DNA of 64,000 nt, taken from contig NEEC01000007.1 of the NCBI GenBank assembly GCA_002189035.1, positions 372,001 through 436,000 on the forward strand, written 5' to 3'. This stretch comes from Utricularia gibba. Taxonomy: Eukaryota; Plantae; Magnoliophyta. Positions 14,826-26,547 of this stretch are shown piece after piece. A program made the position numbers and the translations under genes. How positions within the stretch are numbered: position 1 is the stretch's first letter; each line of letters opens with the position of its first letter. The notes below the pieces were generated by a model, which was not told where the DNA came from, did not search any database, and was given only the letters and a program-made list of their open reading frames with translations.

Positions 14826-17000
14826 ATGGGGTCTGTTTCCCATCACTGCCGCGACGGCGAAGAAGGTGTGATTCTCGGAGTTGACGGTGGAGCCACTTCC
14901 ACCGTATGCGTCTGTTTGCCGATTCTGCAGTCCGCCGAGCACTGCCGACTCTCGGAGGATCTTCCCGTTCTGAGTCGAGTCTCTGCCGGTTGCTCCAACC
15001 ACAACAGCGTCGGAGGTGTGTTCCTTTTTTTTTTCTCTCGAATGTGACTGGTTTGGAAGTGCGTGAATGATCATGAATAGTATAGCCTCCGTCTGATTGG
15101 TTCACTATGGCGTTCTGTAAATTTCAGACTTTTCCTTATTTTGTGGGTTCATATGCCGAATAGGGCTGTAATTGAATTTGTGCTCATAGAAAATGCTGCC
15201 AGAGAAACACTTGAACGGGTCATAGCAGAAGCTCTTCATGAAGCAGGCAAGCATCATTCTTGCGTTCTTGCTGTGTGTTTAGGGGTTTCAGGAGTTAATC
15301 ATCCCTCAGATGAGCTGAGGATATTAGAATGGATGAGGTATTCTTCTTTGTTTAATTTCACTTGAAGTTTTTTAATTTTTAAGTTTGAGAGTGAGGATTA
15401 GAGACAAATACGAATACAAACCCATGTTATGTTGGAACCACGTTTTGCATTTTGATTCATACAGAGAAAATTAGTCACAAGAATGGATACCAAAAAATTT
15501 ACCTGCTTAGAACAGTTCCTGTGTCTTTTTGATATACCTTGGGTGAATAGCAGAACTAACCGTGCATCCACTGCGCCAGTTTCCCCCATCATCCTTATTG
15601 ATTAGTAACTCTCTGTAATAGTATTGCAGGGACATATTTCCTAGTAAAACAAGGATATATGTGCGGAATGATGCAGTAGCAGCCCTTGCAAGTGGGACAA
15701 TGGGGGTTCTTCACGGATGTGTTCTAGTTTCTGGTACTGGATGCATTGCATATGGATTTACTGACGATGGAAAAGAAGCTCGTGCTGCTGGAGCTGGACC
15801 TGTCTTGGGAGATTGGGGAGGTATCATCAAGTTTTTTTTTGTAATGTTATTATTATGAGCTCTTCTACTTTTCTGAATGACAAGTATTCCTTAAAATTTC
15901 AAGATCCTTTCCGTTGAAGGCCTGCTGAATATTTTTTCTGATAGATTTTTTATTCTGGTGATGGATATTTTCGATTCATTGTGGGCTCAGTGTTGTGGCA
16001 TCGTGCTTGCAGTGGTTATGGGATTGCATCTCAGGCCCTCACAGCAGCGATTAAGGCTCATGATGGCCGTGGTCCAAACACAATGCTCACAAGCACTATT
16101 TTAACGTCACTTCAGCTGTCCTCTCCTGATGAGATTATAGGGTATCTATCTTAAATTTTTCCTTTTGTATCGCTATTTATAAGCATGGATATGACACTCT
16201 TCTATGGATTTAAATTCATCTTTGGTTTACTTTACGACAGTTCACTCAAACCCCCCGTAGTTTCTAGATTGAGTCGGAGTCGCATGCTTCATCAAGATAT
16301 AAACATTTCACACTTCACTTTCAAATACATTGAGTTCATGCATCCATTTTCAGTGCATGGGTTTTAGAATGCATCATGTTTCAGGATCTTTTCATTTTGT
16401 TGCTTATTGGAAATTAGGTGGACCTATGCAGATTCCTCTTGGGCAAGAATTGCTGCGCTGGTCCCTCATGTAATCTCTTGTGCAGAGGCTGGGGATAAAG
16501 TTGCCAATGATATCCTAGTAAATGCCGTCGAAGAACTGACAGACAGCGTGCGAGCTGTGGTTGATCGGCTAAAACTAGCTGGGGAAGGTACTACATTACC
16601 TGACACACTGATGTAGGCAGGGCACACATGCATCGACTAATCAAGCTACTGTTCACCTTGCAGATGGGAAGAAGGAATTCCCCGTTGTCATGGTCGGGGG
16701 AGTCCTGGAGGCTAACAAGAAATGGGATGTAGGAAAAGAAGTTTCCAAGTCTATTTTGCAGGCCTACCCGGGGGCTTGTCCCATACGGCCAAAGGTGTGT
16801 AGCCTTCCTCACATCTTACTTTTACAGAAATTTGTGACATCAAATCTGGACAACAATTAGCTTCCCCTTCTCACTATTCTCAACTTCATTAATCAAAATT
16901 CTGCCCATACATTATAGTTATTTTCATTCTGCAGTTGGAGCCTGCCGCCGGGGCTGCTTTGTTTGCGTGGAACAGCATGATTAAAGAAAAGTCCATCTAA
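14826..17000 (+). CDS. GNK: N-acetylglucosamine kinase (BadF/BadG/actin-like ATPase fold), multi-exon; 1-nt deletion at 15815-15818
   Basis: VILGVDGGATSTVCVC, GCSNHNSVG, NDAVAALASGT, SGTGCIAYG, WTYADSSWARIAALVP, VMVGGVL, LEPAAGAAL...KSI*. The junction DWG(S)|GYGIA needs one more G. Confidence 0.88.
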
Positions 17001-17798
17001 AACGGCAAGTCCTCACTATCTCTCACTTTCTATATTTTTCCACACATCGATGGGTGGTTTGCTGATGCTCATTACTCTTCATCAAGCACCAATGGTGGTG
17101 TGTGTTACTGTAAATTATTGCTTAACCACCGATCCAGACCCCATTCGGCGTCCAAATCGGTGCATCTGAATTTCCTGTGTACTCAATAAGCAAGTTTAAA
17201 TGGAACCAGGCTGTGGACAGAACAAGGTGCCATGTTAGTGGCTCTTCCTCCCTTGCCCCAGAATCTACTAGCTTGTTAATCCTGCTGCTGTCTTCATTAC
17301 TTCAAAGCTATTTTTTCCGTTGGTGGGCCCCCCAAAACGACCTTGTGGGCCAGCCTACCTTACCAACTGGCGGTTTCTGGCCCCACTATTTTTTCTTGTC
17401 ACCAGCATACTACTGCTGTGGTATCCGGAGTACTAACTACTTCATGCTTTTCAAAATTTCACCGGTTTTCAAATTTCAGGATTCTAATATAAAAAACCTG
17501 GAGGGCACATGTTGCGGGTCCCCCTGAGGTGCTTTATGAATATCTTGTTCAACAGTGTTTAAAAAAGCGCGTATTATGGGTTATTATTTTTAAATATGAA
17601 GTAAATGGAGAATAATTTTTATAGTGTTTTGGTGTGAGAAAAAATATTTAGGCTCGTGAGGAGTCGAAGCGTCGTTGAAACGACAGGAACTCACGAGACA
17701 ATTGTCCAGCGATGCCGCTATCGCATTCATTTAATCTGCGGCTGCCTTGTGTTTCCTCGACCGCGAGGGCAAAAACAGATAAAAGAAAAGAAAGCGAA

Positions 17799-18221
17799 AT
17801 GGAGCTCCGCCGACCGAGTCTCGATTTCCAGTTCCTCGGATACGCCGTCCTGGCACTTTCCGCGGTATCCGCCGTCATCGCTCGCGACCTCCGCCCCTCT
17901 GACCACGGCCTGGAGTATCAGGTCAACTCTCTGCCTGCGGCGCAATCGAATCAAGCGCAGGAAATGCGCTCCTTCTTCGGCGATACGCCGCCGATGCAAC
18001 TTCCCGAGGCGAAGAACATTACCGAATTCCCGCCTGGCCGCGTCCCCGGAAGAGATCACGTCAGGGGAGTATTGCTTTTGGCTAGCGCCGTTTGTGGATT
18101 AACCGGCGTCGTATTGCTCCTCATCTCCGGTCTTATTTTCATCCTCCGCCTTAGGAACAAAAACCGTCCCGAATTACCGCCGTCCACGTCAGCACCGGAG
18201 GGTAAAGTGGTGGACAATTGA
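17799..18221 (+). CDS. Small plant-specific single-pass membrane protein of unknown function (signal peptide, ARDLRPSDHGLEY motif, C-terminal TM helix)
   Basis: ATG at 17799; hydrophobic signal peptide, then the ARDLRPSDHGLEYQ and EMRSFFG motifs and a TM segment VLLLASAVCGLTGVVLLLISGLIFIL. Resembles recalled Arabidopsis At1g30515-type proteins. Confidence 0.75.
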   Translation: MELRRPSLDFQFLGYAVLALSAVSAVIARDLRPSDHGLEYQVNSLPAAQSNQAQEMRSFFGDTPPMQLPEAKNITEFPPGRVPGRDHVRGVLLLASAVCGLTGVVLLLISGLIFILRLRNKNRPELPPSTSAPEGKVVDN

Positions 18222-18365
18222 GTGTGGCCTTTATTCCTGAATCCTCGCCTTTCGTTTCTCGTTCTTAAGATAAATAACCATGTTTTTTGCATTTTTTTTC
18301 TCTTCCCAATCACTTAATGAAAACTGAAAAGAGGTGCAGAAATTCAAAGGGAATGTGTACAGGAG

Positions 18366-19932
18366 CTATTGATCTAAAGGGATCCATTCGAGTTCAAGCT
18401 CCACTTCCCCTGATTCCACCTTCTGGAGCTTTAGCGACAGCGCCTGCTTGATCTTGCCGTCGACAATATTGACGCTGCTATCCTGGATGAGGGCGTTGTC
18501 GTTGGATCGGAGCCATTTCCCGATCTGCATGTTCCCAAACATTCCGGCGTCGCCGAAGGCGGTCGCCGACGTGATCATAGGCTGAATATCGATCTCCGCC
18601 TCCCCCATTATGTCGTCCGATGAAAACGTATCGTAATCGTAAACCTCCTGCGGATCCAACGCTGCACCAAATGAACATGAAGAAAACCGAGCTGAGATCA
18701 GTAAGAACGACGACAACCAACCAGTTTCATAGGGCCGTAGTTCTCCGGGACAGAGAGCATAAGCTCCTCGTTCCACACAGGGTTCAAGTTGCTCTGCACC
18801 ACAGACGTCTGCGCCCTCTGAAATGCGCACAATTTCAAGAACGGCCAAGAAATACAGAGAACATCTGACACTGGAGTGTGTGTGTGGATGGATCGAACCT
18901 GCTGGCCGAGGCTCAGGACGACGTACGGATCGCTGGAAAGCATGTCGCGTACAGCCAGATTGGTGCCTTGGATCACTCTGACCTTCAGCATCCCAATGAA
19001 CTCCACCATGCCTTCCTGCAAAAGAGATGCCACTTCCCCGCCATCACGAAAACGAAACGAAGCGAGTTAACAACTGGAGCATACTGATTTCTGGGATGAG
19101 CTCGAGCCTCCGAACGTGTCCATGACCTTCTTCGATAAACTCGACTGCAACGTATGCGTGGACGCCGTTTTGTTGGAGGATATCCGAAGACTAGGCATCA
19201 AAAATTCCTGAAGCTCGTACTTGGACCTTGCAGAACAGAGATGGGTATCAGTCAGAACCCCGGCGAGGTGGAATGCCGATGTGCATGAACTCACCGGATG
19301 AACCTGGACCGCAGCTCGTGGGTGGCATCGGGTCTCGGCTTGGAGACTCCCTCCGGTATGTACGCTTCGTAAATGGAGTTTGCGGATGCGTTTCCTCCGA
19401 CTTCGATCATGGAATCCACTTCGGAATCGGACCACTCATCCAGTGTCACCGACAAAACCTGCAATGGAAATGTGAGAGGAAGGAATTCAAAATACCGAGG
19501 AGGAAGAGCACCTTTGAAATGTGGGTGCCAAGGCTTCTGTGGACGCCGCAGCACTTCAAGCATATAAAGACCCCGATGTTTGGTGAACTGCATTAGCTCC
19601 ATGAGCACAAGTCAGTTCGGACATTCCAATGAAGAAGGGGCATAGCAAGAGTAGAGAGTCATACGCCCATTTAGGATCTGGGGCGCCACAGTCAGCACAT
19701 ATCCGGTTATCTTTTTCAGCCAGAAGCTCCTTCAATCTTCTTTTACCTGTAATGAATTCATGAAAAAGGCAGTTGCACAAAAGAAAAGCATGATCATGTG
19801 AAGCCGGGAAGGGGGGGGGGGGGTCATGAAATTCGAGAGAGTCGAAGCAATCTGAAGTTCAAAGCTTTGAAAGACCAATGGTGGTGCTATACCCGAAGAT
19901 GCTCTCCCCAAATCAGAAGGGTTGCGGCTCAT
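18366..19932 (-). CDS. ZAC/AGD12: ARF-GAP zinc finger plus C2 domain protein (ZAC/AGD12-like), 7 coding exons
   Basis: [13 protein letters not shown]|GKRRLKELL...[13 protein letters not shown]|[20 protein letters not shown] (ArfGAP C4 finger); C2 domain [23 protein letters not shown]...[17 protein letters not shown]. Confidence 0.92.
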
Positions 19933-21334
19933 TTCTCCACCTGCTCGATGAAATGCCTCAGTGCTGCATAAGAGAGATTTCGCCACCTAAAACAGACACA
20001 ATCAGGAGGTCATTCTAAAACGAATCACACCAGAATGCAGAGCATTCCTAAACGCCCATACACACAGAGAAATCTAAAAACCCAATAAACCTTGATTTCT
20101 AACGGCCTGCTCAACCCAGAAAAAAAAAAAAAAACCAGACAAGAAAAAAAGGAGGATGAAGCAAACAAAAAAAAAGGTTCCCATTAGAAGAATGATTACG
20201 CAGCGGAAAAGCTAACAGATACAATCCATCAAAATCCGAAAAGAAAAGGTTCGTCAAGTACCCCAATCCGCCAACCGAAGAAGAAAGAATCACAGCGAAT
20301 GATTCATCATTTCTCTCTTCCGCCGTCCAGTCGCTCGTGGACGCCCAAGCTCCTATTTTCATTCCCCAGACCCTCCTGTCAAATGACGTACCGGGCATCC
20401 AAAAGCACGTATAAAAATAAGGTGCAACGTAATTTTTTAATTTTTTTTCGCACTCATAATTCATTTTTATTTTGGCCCTTTATAATTTAGATTTCTATAA
20501 TTCATACATAAATTTAATATTAAAGAAAATTACCATGAAAAGGGAGATGGTAAGTGGGCTTCCATTTTGGGCTACAGGGAAAACCACCTTATCTTCAGTG
20601 TGCTGGAAATCGAGCCGTTGAAACGTGGGCCCACAAACGTAGTGGATGAGATTGCGTGCGGGAGCTGGTGGGCCCCCGTCTCCTGTCAGCCACAAGTTCA
20701 TCTTCGGTGGGAATGTGACGGCTTACGAATGTATCAAAGAAGTACATCGTATTATTCTACGAATAAAATAATAAATTATCAAATAAAAATGTTCTTACAG
20801 AATCAAAACAAAGGTTCTGGAAATGGCAATTACCTGGTGGGTAAAAGTTTTTTAACTGGTCGGACCTGCCTAGTCATTTAAACAGTAAAAATCAATTTTA
20901 ACTCGATTTTGAGAGCTACCCTTCCATTCGGTCGACGGTCAAATTTAGCACAAAAAGGTAAGAGAATCCTCAATTTCCCTATCCCGGGTTCCGAATAATC
21001 TGCGTTCTTCTGCCACGGGGAAGAATCCCAAATCAGCAGTGAGAGCTTCAGCGAACCAGGAACGGTAACGGAAGACAATCGACGGCTTCCGATCTCGAGG
21101 AATCAAATCTGCATTAGAGAATTCGTGATTCTCACCGATTTCGAGGTCGACGCATTTGAGATCGCGGGAAAAGTGCGGTACTCGTGGTATGTCGGAGCAC
21201 ATTGAGAGTTGAATTGCTCCGCTCTGTTTCGTTTACTGCAAATTCGGTGCCGAATTGAGATAATTCATTGGTTGAATCTGAACCTATTGTGTCGAATCCC
21301 TATCTGAATTGTCAGGTTTGGTTCCCAAAGGATA

Positions 21335-22473
21335 ATGACATCGTCTATTCACAGCCTCTCAGGTTCGTGCTGCCTCCCCTAGGGTGTGAAACTTGTTAGG
21401 TTTTATGTACGGAATATTAGGCATAACTGAGAATCTTCACGATGCTGCTAGTTTATTGAGATCTGTTCAGCATTCAGAGTTCTGATTAAGTGAATGATCT
21501 TCAGATAATAGTGAGGCGAATGAGCAGCAAAAGAATACGGCTTCGGATAGCCAGAATTCGTCTCCCATTAATGGGGCCTCTCTTCCAAGCATTGGATCAC
21601 CAGCAATGCACTACGCTGGGCCTCCCCAACTAGGTGTTGGAAATGTAATGGTACTGCATTGGTTAACTATCTGCTTTACTGTTATGTTCTTTATTTTTGC
21701 AGATTCTTCACTATGGACATTACTTCGATTTCTTGCATTCCAGAATATGCCTTTAAATCTGATAACGAAATTAGAAGAAGTGGCATCTTAGTTTATCCAC
21801 AATCTTATGCTTCATGTCTGGTTGTTCGGCAGTGACGAGCCTTCTTGCTTTGTTCTGGAATTGACTGCCGTTATGTATGTTGAATATTGTAGGTGCAAGC
21901 TGCATATCCGTACCCGGATCCATATTATAGAAGTATATTTGCACCTTATGACGCTCAGTCTTATGCTGCACAGCCGTATCCCATTCAACCCATGGTACTT
22001 TCGACGCCAGGAACACGTCTTGTTCTATTTTCCATCCATTTTTGCGGGGGTTCATCTTTCTTTATGCTTCAGGTACATGTTCAGTTGATGGGTATGCAGC
22101 AAGCCGGTGGTGTGCCCTTGCCATCTGACTCTGTTGAGGAGCCTGTTTTTGTAAATGCGAAGCAATATCACGGCATCTTGAGACGCCGACGGTCTCGAGC
22201 GAAGGCGGAGTCTGAGAAAAAGCTCTCCAAATCCCGGAAGGCATGCGTTTTCCTCATCTGTTGCTCAAGTTGTTTAACTCCACCGCCATGAATGATCGTT
22301 ATTCTTAACTGTAAAATGCTTTTGCAGCCATACTTGCATGAATCTCGGCATTTGCATGCACTCAGACGAGCTCGGGCACCGGTGGCCGCTTCCAAAAGAA
22401 GAGTGAGAACCAGGAAACAAGCGACAATTCGCAGGATAACCGTGGGAAAGCCCCGCTAGAAGATGCGGCTTAG
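21335..22473 (+). CDS. NF-YA: Nuclear factor Y subunit A (NF-YA4/7-like), 5 coding exons; GC-AG last intron; 1-nt deletion at 22374-22376
   Basis: [15 protein letters not shown]; [25 protein letters not shown]...RK|[17 protein letters not shown](T)GGRF, the last motif recovered only with one extra G. Confidence 0.9.
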
Positions 22474-22788
22474 ATGCAGATTGGTCCAATGAGAAACCAA
22501 GCTAAGTTTCTGGCAACATGTCTCCTGTATGTGTGCATTCAGTTGTAGATTCAGCATGCATTCCGCGTTTGAGTGGTTCTGTTTGTCTGCATAGCTCTCC
22601 CTGTATTTGCATCGAACGCGTGTGTTGAAGCGAGTGCTTCTCATCATGTCTGTCCTCTAAGTAAATTCATAGTCCATTGGCTGCAAAGACTGTGCATGCC
22701 CCCATGATGATTTGTTCATAACAAGTGTAGCTCTTGTGGTGAACCCCCAAAGCTAAGCTACAAGCACAGCGAGAGAAGACAAGATAGT

Positions 22789-23313
22789 TCAGAGTATACT
22801 TGCCAAGCCTTCCTTCTTGGGAGCCACGGGGACCTTGTTTCCTGGGAATGCAGCGCGAGAAACATCCACCAGGGCCTTGAAGCTGTACGGCTCGTGCATC
22901 GAAATCTCAGATAGCACCTTTCTGTTCAGCTGGATGTTCTCCTTCACCAGCCCGTGCATGAAGTTTCCATAGTTCACCTGCTAACGGGAAACTCATCAGG
23001 GAGCCCGCTAACGAGCCAACGAATGCCGGAGCAGCATATCGTACACTTCAGCACACACACAGAGATTGAAGAGAGCACATCTGCACTGATCTGACAGGTA
23101 AGCTACGAGGCATAGAGAGGAGCGTACCCCATGCTGGCGACTACCGGCGTTGATCCGTTCGATCCAGAGGGAGCGCATGTCCCGCTTCTTGTTGCGACGA
23201 TCGCGGTAAGAGTACTGAAGTGCCTTCTCCACTCTCTCCCTAGCAATTCTAATGCAGTTCTTGGCTCTTCCGCGAAATCCTTTCGCCAATTTGAATACCT
23301 CCTTCTTGTTCAT
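22789..23313 (-). CDS. RPL20: Mitochondrial-type 50S ribosomal protein L20, 2 exons
   Basis: [62 protein letters not shown]|[10 protein letters not shown]...[21 protein letters not shown] is the bL20 signature. Confidence 0.95.
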
Positions 23314-24489
23314 TGTTTGGATGAATCAATCGGCCGATAGTCAATTGGTCTAGATCACCTGGAAACAAACGTGCGTTAGACAGGCAAATGACAACCGTGA
23401 TACGTTCGGTTTGCAGGTTCTTGAAGGAATTCTTTAGGCCATGGCTGTAACTCTTCGATTTTTTTCCGGCTGATTGGTTGCCTGCTTGATTTAGGAAAGG
23501 AGATACCTTGCTCAGCCGCACTTGTAGAAAACCAATCGGCAGCCGTTTGGGAAAATGTTCACGGACCGAAGAAATGAAGAATGGCGTCAAAAAAGGCCGA
23601 GTAAAAAAGCGTAATCGGGGATTTGAGATAGCGAAAACTCACAGGCGACAATCCAGGAAAGAGGCGAACTATCGTAGCGGAGACGACGGCTTCTGTGTGC
23701 TGCTACGCAGTAGCACAGAGGTGAGCGAGAAATGGGCCCTCCAAACTCTGGACGGGGCCCTCACCAACAAAAGCCCATCCGATGGTTTTCGTTGGGCCTG
23801 TCAAGACGTTCCTTAGGCCCTTTGCAACAAAAATACCCAGTATACATAGTTTAGGCCGTATATCCAACTATCCAAGAGGTCTGTGTGTTCTTTGGACATT
23901 AGCTACCTAGAAGTGGTATCGTTAGGGAGAGAGGGGGGACCGATTTCTTCCACTTGTGAATGATTCAGAAGCGGGTGGGAATCTGAACCTTGGAAACCAG
24001 TTGATCATGAGCTATGATTTGTTGGGGCCATAGGCTCCTCTACCTACAGGTGTTGGAATAAGTTTCAAGATTGATCCAACCGTTGTGGAGAAATGGGCAT
24101 CCACAAAGGTATAGCTATTGAATTATAGCAAGTCACACAAGTCAAGAAGTTGAGTTAATGGGAGTTGGGAAGTCATATTTTACTAGTTGCATCGTCCTTT
24201 TTCCTGTGCCTACAGTGTGTAGCTCCACTTAAATTTGTGAATGAGAATGCCCTGTAAAAAAAAATATTGGATCTCTGGATGATCATGGAGTTCGGGACCA
24301 CTGCGTTTTTGTTGCTGTGATGGAAACAAAATTCAAGTCTTCCTTGGTTCTGACATTATCCAACCACAGGCTGTACCATCACTAAATTTCTAGTCTTCCT
24401 ACTTAATGGACTGATCTACTATAATTGTTTGTGTTATACATTTCCCTTTGGCAGTCTGTCACAACTTTTCAAGTTAGATAGTGAAAGAC

Positions 24490-26321
24490 ATGGCGAACAA
24501 TGGGAGAGATCATCGGAGGTCACAAGGAGAAGGTGCATGTGCACAAAGGATGATTTTTTCCCTGAGGAGTCATTCAAGAGCTGGGGAAACTACATGGTGG
24601 CGTTGAGGCAAATCCCGAGTCGAACTATGAACCGGGTTTTGACGAGGTCTACCCTGGAGGCAGAGGTGGAGGTAAAGGCACATAGCGAGCATGAAATGAG
24701 GAAGACACTTACATGGTGGGATTTGATCTGGTTTGGATTTGGTGCAGTTATTGGTGCTGGGATTTTTGTTGTTACGGGCCAGGAAGCACGTAATGGTGCA
24801 GGGCCTTCCATATTGGTTTCCTATATTATCTCTGGCATCTCTTCTCTGCTCTCTGTCTTTTGCTATACCGAATTTGCAGTCGAAATTCCGGTTGCTGGTA
24901 AACCTCTTACCACTTTTGCAAAGCTTCACTTATCAGAAATGTTGCTTTTTAGCATAACCTGTTCAATCTCTCATTGCAGGCGGCTCATTCGCCTACTTGC
25001 GCGTCGAACTCGGTGAGTTTGTGGCGTTCATCGCTGCAGGGAACATCCTACTTGAATATGTCATTGGTGGAGCAGCCATTGCTCGTTCATGGACATCTTA
25101 CTTCGCCACTCTTTGCAACCATAGCCCTGATGCTTTTCGAATCCATGCACATGGCTTCCAGAAGGGTACAATGAGCTAGATCCCATTGCAGTTGGTATCA
25201 TCATGATCATTTGCTGCGTAGTTGTCAGGGGAATGAAGGGCTCCTCTCAGCTCAACTACATCGCCTCCATGGTTCACATGGTGGTCATCGCCTTCATCAT
25301 AATCGCCGGTCTCATGAAGGCCAATCCCAAGAACTATGTCCCTTTCGCCCCCTTCGGTGTTCGTGGCATCTTCCAAGCTTCTGCTGTGCTGTTCATAGCC
25401 TATCTCGGCTTTGATGCAGTCTCCACCTTGGCAGAAGAGACCAAGGACCCCGGCCGAGATATTCCGATCGGATTGGTCGGCTCCATGGTGATCACCATAG
25501 CCATATACTGCACTATGGGCGTCACTCTCTGCTTGATGCAACCGTATCAACAGATTGATCCTAATGCTCCCTTTTCAAGGGCGTTTAAGGCTGTTGGTTG
25601 GAGCTGGGCTCAGTATCTTGTTGCTGTGGGTGCACTCAAGGGCATGACGTCGGTGCTTCTCACCGTCGCAGTAGCTCAGGCTCGGTATCTCACTCATATC
25701 TCCAGGACACATATGATGCCTCCGTGGTTTGCGAAAGTCAGCCCCAAGACCGGAACTCCGGTGAACGGCACGGTGGCCTTGATGACCATGTCGGCGATAA
25801 TCGGTTTCTTCACAAACCTTAGCGTCCTCGCCAATGTGGTCTCGATCGCGACCCTCTTCATCTTCATGCTCGTCGCCGTGGCTCTGCTGGTGCGACGCTA
25901 CTATGTGGCCGGCGAGACATCTCAGAAGGATCGGAACAAGCTCATCCTCTTCATTTCCTTGATCATCGCCTCCTCCATTGCTTCACCTGCCTACATGGGG
26001 ATCGATCAGGAGGGATGGATTGGGTACTGCTTCACCGTACCATTGTGGTTCTTCTCCACATTAGGGTTGCGGTTCTTCGTCCCTCAGTCTCGGAAGCCGA
26101 AGCTATGGGGAGTCCCACTGGTTCCATGGCTTCCTTCAGCCTCCATAGCCATCAACATATTCCTTCTTGGCTCCATAAGCAGGGCTTCGTTCATAAGGTT
26201 TGGAGTCTGGACACTTCTTCTGCTGGTCTACTACTTCTTCGTCGGTCTGCATGCTTCCTACGACACTGCCAAGTGCACTGAAGAAGCCAAGGTATTTCAG
26301 ACGGCCGAGGAGGGCCGGTGA
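24490..26321 (+). CDS. CAT1: Cationic amino acid transporter (CAT1-like APC permease), 2 exons; 1-nt deletion near 25158-25166 and probably at 24502-24504
   Basis: CTKDDFFPEESF, TLTWWDLIWFGFGAVIGAGIFV, EFAVEIPVA|GGSFAYLRVELG, GFDAVSTLAEE and WGVPLVPWLPSASIAINIFLLG match recalled AtCAT1. The start is the ATG at 24490 if one G is added, otherwise the ATG at 24537. Confidence 0.88.
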
Positions 26322-26547
26322 CCGGACCCCGGCGGAGCCGATTCAACTCCTGAATAATGTAACTGTCTGAAGGAATGAGTGTGGTACAAGAGTGATTGTA
26401 TGAAACCGTGTCCTCCAAGATGAACAAAGATGTTACACATGAAATTCCCAACATCTGCTAAAAAAGCTTGATACGCTGAAACAGAGAGATACTAACTACT
26501 ACACTATGACAAAGAGGACTGAAGCAAAGAGAGGACAAACAGACAGT

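Noticed and set aside
19811-19823. G13 tract in ZAC intron 1 as a G-quadruplex element
   Set aside because: It is a single homopolymer whose length is unreliable in this assembly, and it reads as poly-C on the transcribed sense strand.
22661-22683. miR169-like site or target mimic downstream of NF-YA (GTAAATTCATAGTCCATTGGCTG)
   Set aside because: It needs a 3-nt bulge, an additional seed bulge and three mismatches, which is too degenerate. NF-YA4/7-type genes are not typical miR169 targets.
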